DNA of 64,000 nt from Candidatus Binatia bacterium (GTDB lineage Bacteria > Desulfobacterota > Binatia > Bin18): positions 928,001 to 992,000 of the forward strand of contig OY761159.2 of assembly GCA_963664395.2 (NCBI GenBank), written 5' to 3'. Position numbers and translations under genes: made by a program. Position 1 is the first letter of the stretch. Each line of letters opens with the position of its first letter. The notes beneath the pieces are model-generated. The model did not search any database and was not told where the DNA came from. It saw nothing but the letters and a program-made list of their open reading frames with translations. Positions 61,968 through 64,000 of the stretch are shown piece by piece.

Positions 61968-63482
61968 ATGAGTAGTAACGGACACGCAACAACAGCACAG
62001 GTACGGGCACAGTTCGATCATCCCATCATCGACGCGGATGGACACTGGCTGGAATTTGGCCCCTTGGTCAGGGAGGAAATGCGAAAAATCGGTGGCGATA
62101 AGGCCGTCGAAGGATTCTCTTTTTTCCCCGAACTGGTTCAAAAAGAATTGGCCATGTCAGTGGCCGAGCGCCGGGCTAACGGGACCGGACAGCAGGCGTT
62201 TTGGGCGCTCCCGACCAGGAATACACGCGACCGGGCCACCGCCGTCATGCCGCAGCTCTTGTATGAACGGCTGGACGAATTTGGCTTCGACTTTAGTGTG
62301 ATGTACCCCACCGCCGGCCTGGGCCTTCCTCTGATTCCTGATACGGAGCAGCGCCAGGCCGCCTGCCGCGCGTTCAATACCTTTAGCGCTGATTATTTTG
62401 GCAAATATGCGGATCGGCTGACACCGGCGGGGGTTATTCCCATGCACACCCCGGACGAGGCCGTTGCAGAGCTGGAATATGCAGTCACGCAACTGGGCTT
62501 GAAAGTCGTCATGTTGGGTAGCCTGATCCGGCGCGATGTTCCGGCCGCGACTGAGGTTCACCCCGATGCTGCGAAATTTGCCGCATATCGGGATGTCCTG
62601 GGTCTCGACAGCGACTATAACTATGATCCGGTCTGGGCCAAGTGCGTGGAACTCAAAGTCGCGCCCTCCTTTCATTCCGGCGGACGCGGATTTGCCATGC
62701 GCATGTCGCCGAGCAATTTTACCTATAATCACATCGGCCATTTCGCGGCCGCGAACGAAGCGGTGTGCAAGGCCCTATTCTTAGGTGGGGTGACGCGACG
62801 CTTCCCGCAGCTCAAGTTCGCCTTTCTCGAAGGCGGCGTGGGCTGGGCCTGCCAGTTGTACGTCGATCTGATCGAACACTGGGAAAAACGCAATATCAAT
62901 GCTCTGGCCGAAGTTGACCCGGCCAACCTCGACCATACGCTGTTCCGTGAACTCGCCGAGCAATACGGCAATGCCACCATTGTTGAGGCGCTATGCCAGC
63001 GGGAAGCCGCCCTTGATACCGCCATGCCGCCCAAGGGTTCGGTCGATACCGGTGGCATTGAAAATCTGGATGACTACTCGGCCTGCGGCATCACCAAGGC
63101 CGAGGACATCAAGGACCTGTTTGCCACGAACTTCTACTTTGGCTGCGAGGCGGATGATCGGATGAATACCTTAGCGTTCAACCGCAAGAACAATCCGTTT
63201 GGCGCGCAGTTGCATGCCCTGTTCGGTTCCGACATCGGTCATTTCGATGTCCCGAATATGGCCCATGTCCTGCCCGAAACCTACGAGTTCGTGGAAGATG
63301 GGCTGATGACTGCGGAGAACTTCCGCGATTTCACCTGCGATAATCCGATTCGGTTTTTGGGTGGGACGAATCCGGACTTTTTCAAGGGAACGGCTGTGGA
63401 AGAGACTGCCGCTGCCGTCCTGGCGAAAGGTAGAGCCACAGTCAACGTGAACGGTCAGGCCGAGGGCCAGGTGGCAAAGTAA
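61968..63482 (+). CDS. Amidohydrolase_2 family protein
   Basis: IIDADGH, PSFH, LEGGVGW, FGSDIGHFD. Confidence 0.9.
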   Translation: MSSNGHATTAQVRAQFDHPIIDADGHWLEFGPLVREEMRKIGGDKAVEGFSFFPELVQKELAMSVAERRANGTGQQAFWALPTRNTRDRATAVMPQLLYERLDEFGFDFSVMYPTAGLGLPLIPDTEQRQAACRAFNTFSADYFGKYADRLTPAGVIPMHTPDEAVAELEYAVTQLGLKVVMLGSLIRRDVPAATEVHPDAAKFAAYRDVLGLDSDYNYDPVWAKCVELKVAPSFHSGGRGFAMRMSPSNFTYNHIGHFAAANEAVCKALFLGGVTRRFPQLKFAFLEGGVGWACQLYVDLIEHWEKRNINALAEVDPANLDHTLFRELAEQYGNATIVEALCQREAALDTAMPPKGSVDTGGIENLDDYSACGITKAEDIKDLFATNFYFGCEADDRMNTLAFNRKNNPFGAQLHALFGSDIGHFDVPNMAHVLPETYEFVEDGLMTAENFRDFTCDNPIRFLGGTNPDFFKGTAVEETAAAVLAKGRATVNVNGQAEGQVAK

Positions 63483-63492
63483 TAAGCAATTG

Positions 63493-63520
63493 CTCCCTCT
63501 CCCCTGGAGGGAGAGGGGGA
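63493..63520. repeat. CCCTCTCCC hairpin repeat
   Basis: CCCTCTCCC-CTGGA-GGGAGAGGG, same core as 26021-26045. Confidence 0.65.
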
Positions 63521-63718
63521 CGAGGTAAACTCAGACACGACCATCCGCCCTCCCCGTTTGTATTTATTTTGCGCGGCGTCCGGCATCCGGAGCCATATAC
63601 GCGAAAGCGAACACAACGGCGAGCAAAACGATAGTAGAAAGAATATCCATGCCTACAACTCCTCCAGCATTCGAGATGAGCCAACCTATAGGGACAGATT
63701 ATTGTGTCCGACACGTGT

Positions 63719-64000
63719 TCACAATTCGTCTGCCGGCCCTACCCGTATGACTGAAAATTCACCCTGCTGAAACAGAATACGATCCGGGGGAGGGTCTCGC
63801 AACACAAAGCCCTCGCGACTCCCCCGCGCCCATTGCTCTTGGGTTACGGCATAGAACGGCTGGAAGTAGAGACTCTTACCCGGAGCGTAGCGACCCCGGT
63901 TGACGACAAAGACATCGACCCCATACCGAGCGTGAAGCCGATCAACCGTTGCAAAATCAGTGGCGTGAAAGGCCGCCAAGGTGGCGTCCAGGCGTTTCGC
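63719..64000 (-). CDS. C-terminal part of a hypothetical protein (runs off window end)
   Basis: Open frame continuing to the window edge (..RYGVDVFVVN..YFQPF..). Confidence 0.5.
   Translation of the reverse strand, partial: AKRLDATLAAFHATDFATVDRLHARYGVDVFVVNRGRYAPGKSLYFQPFYAVTQEQWARGSREGFVLRDPPPDRILFQQGEFSVIRVGPADEL

Noticed and set aside
63442-63714. 90-aa minus-strand ORF
   Set aside because: Runs through a palindromic repeat and overlaps the amidohydrolase end; no recognisable features

Overview
GC-rich bacterial chromosomal window. It is dominated by catabolic/redox enzyme genes (five LLM/F420-type oxidoreductases, three SDRs, amidases, amidohydrolases, a hydantoinase A/B pair, hotdog/MaoC proteins), plus clpS-clpA, an M1 aminopeptidase, PPK2, HisI and the 5' end of a squalene-hopene cyclase. 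Gene content and giant repeat-rich surface proteins suggest a host-associated (possibly sponge) Binatia/deltaproteobacterial-type genome; this is inference only. Main points: (1) two giant secreted modular proteins (2258-8773 and ~41762-46593) share a 46-bp upstream element (36 of 37 conserved positions identical) and a tandem ~140-aa C-terminal domain, and both abut truncated neighbouring genes, suggesting a co-regulated, mobile, domain-shuffling surface-protein family; (2) an AhpD/CMD-like gene split by an in-frame TGA at a C-x-x-U position with a SECIS-like hairpin 12 nt downstream, a probable selenoprotein; (3) a low-GC HNH + DGQH(K) nuclease with reversed GmrSD/SspE-like domain order and a 2-bp frameshift; (4) a solo HEPN (RxxxxH) gene; (5) a RAYT transposase with flanking REPs and several dispersed palindromic repeat families; (6) widespread gene erosion, including two toxin-antitoxin loci that lost only the toxin 5' half. 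No rRNA, tRNA or CRISPR array was seen. All family calls come from motif recognition, not database searches.
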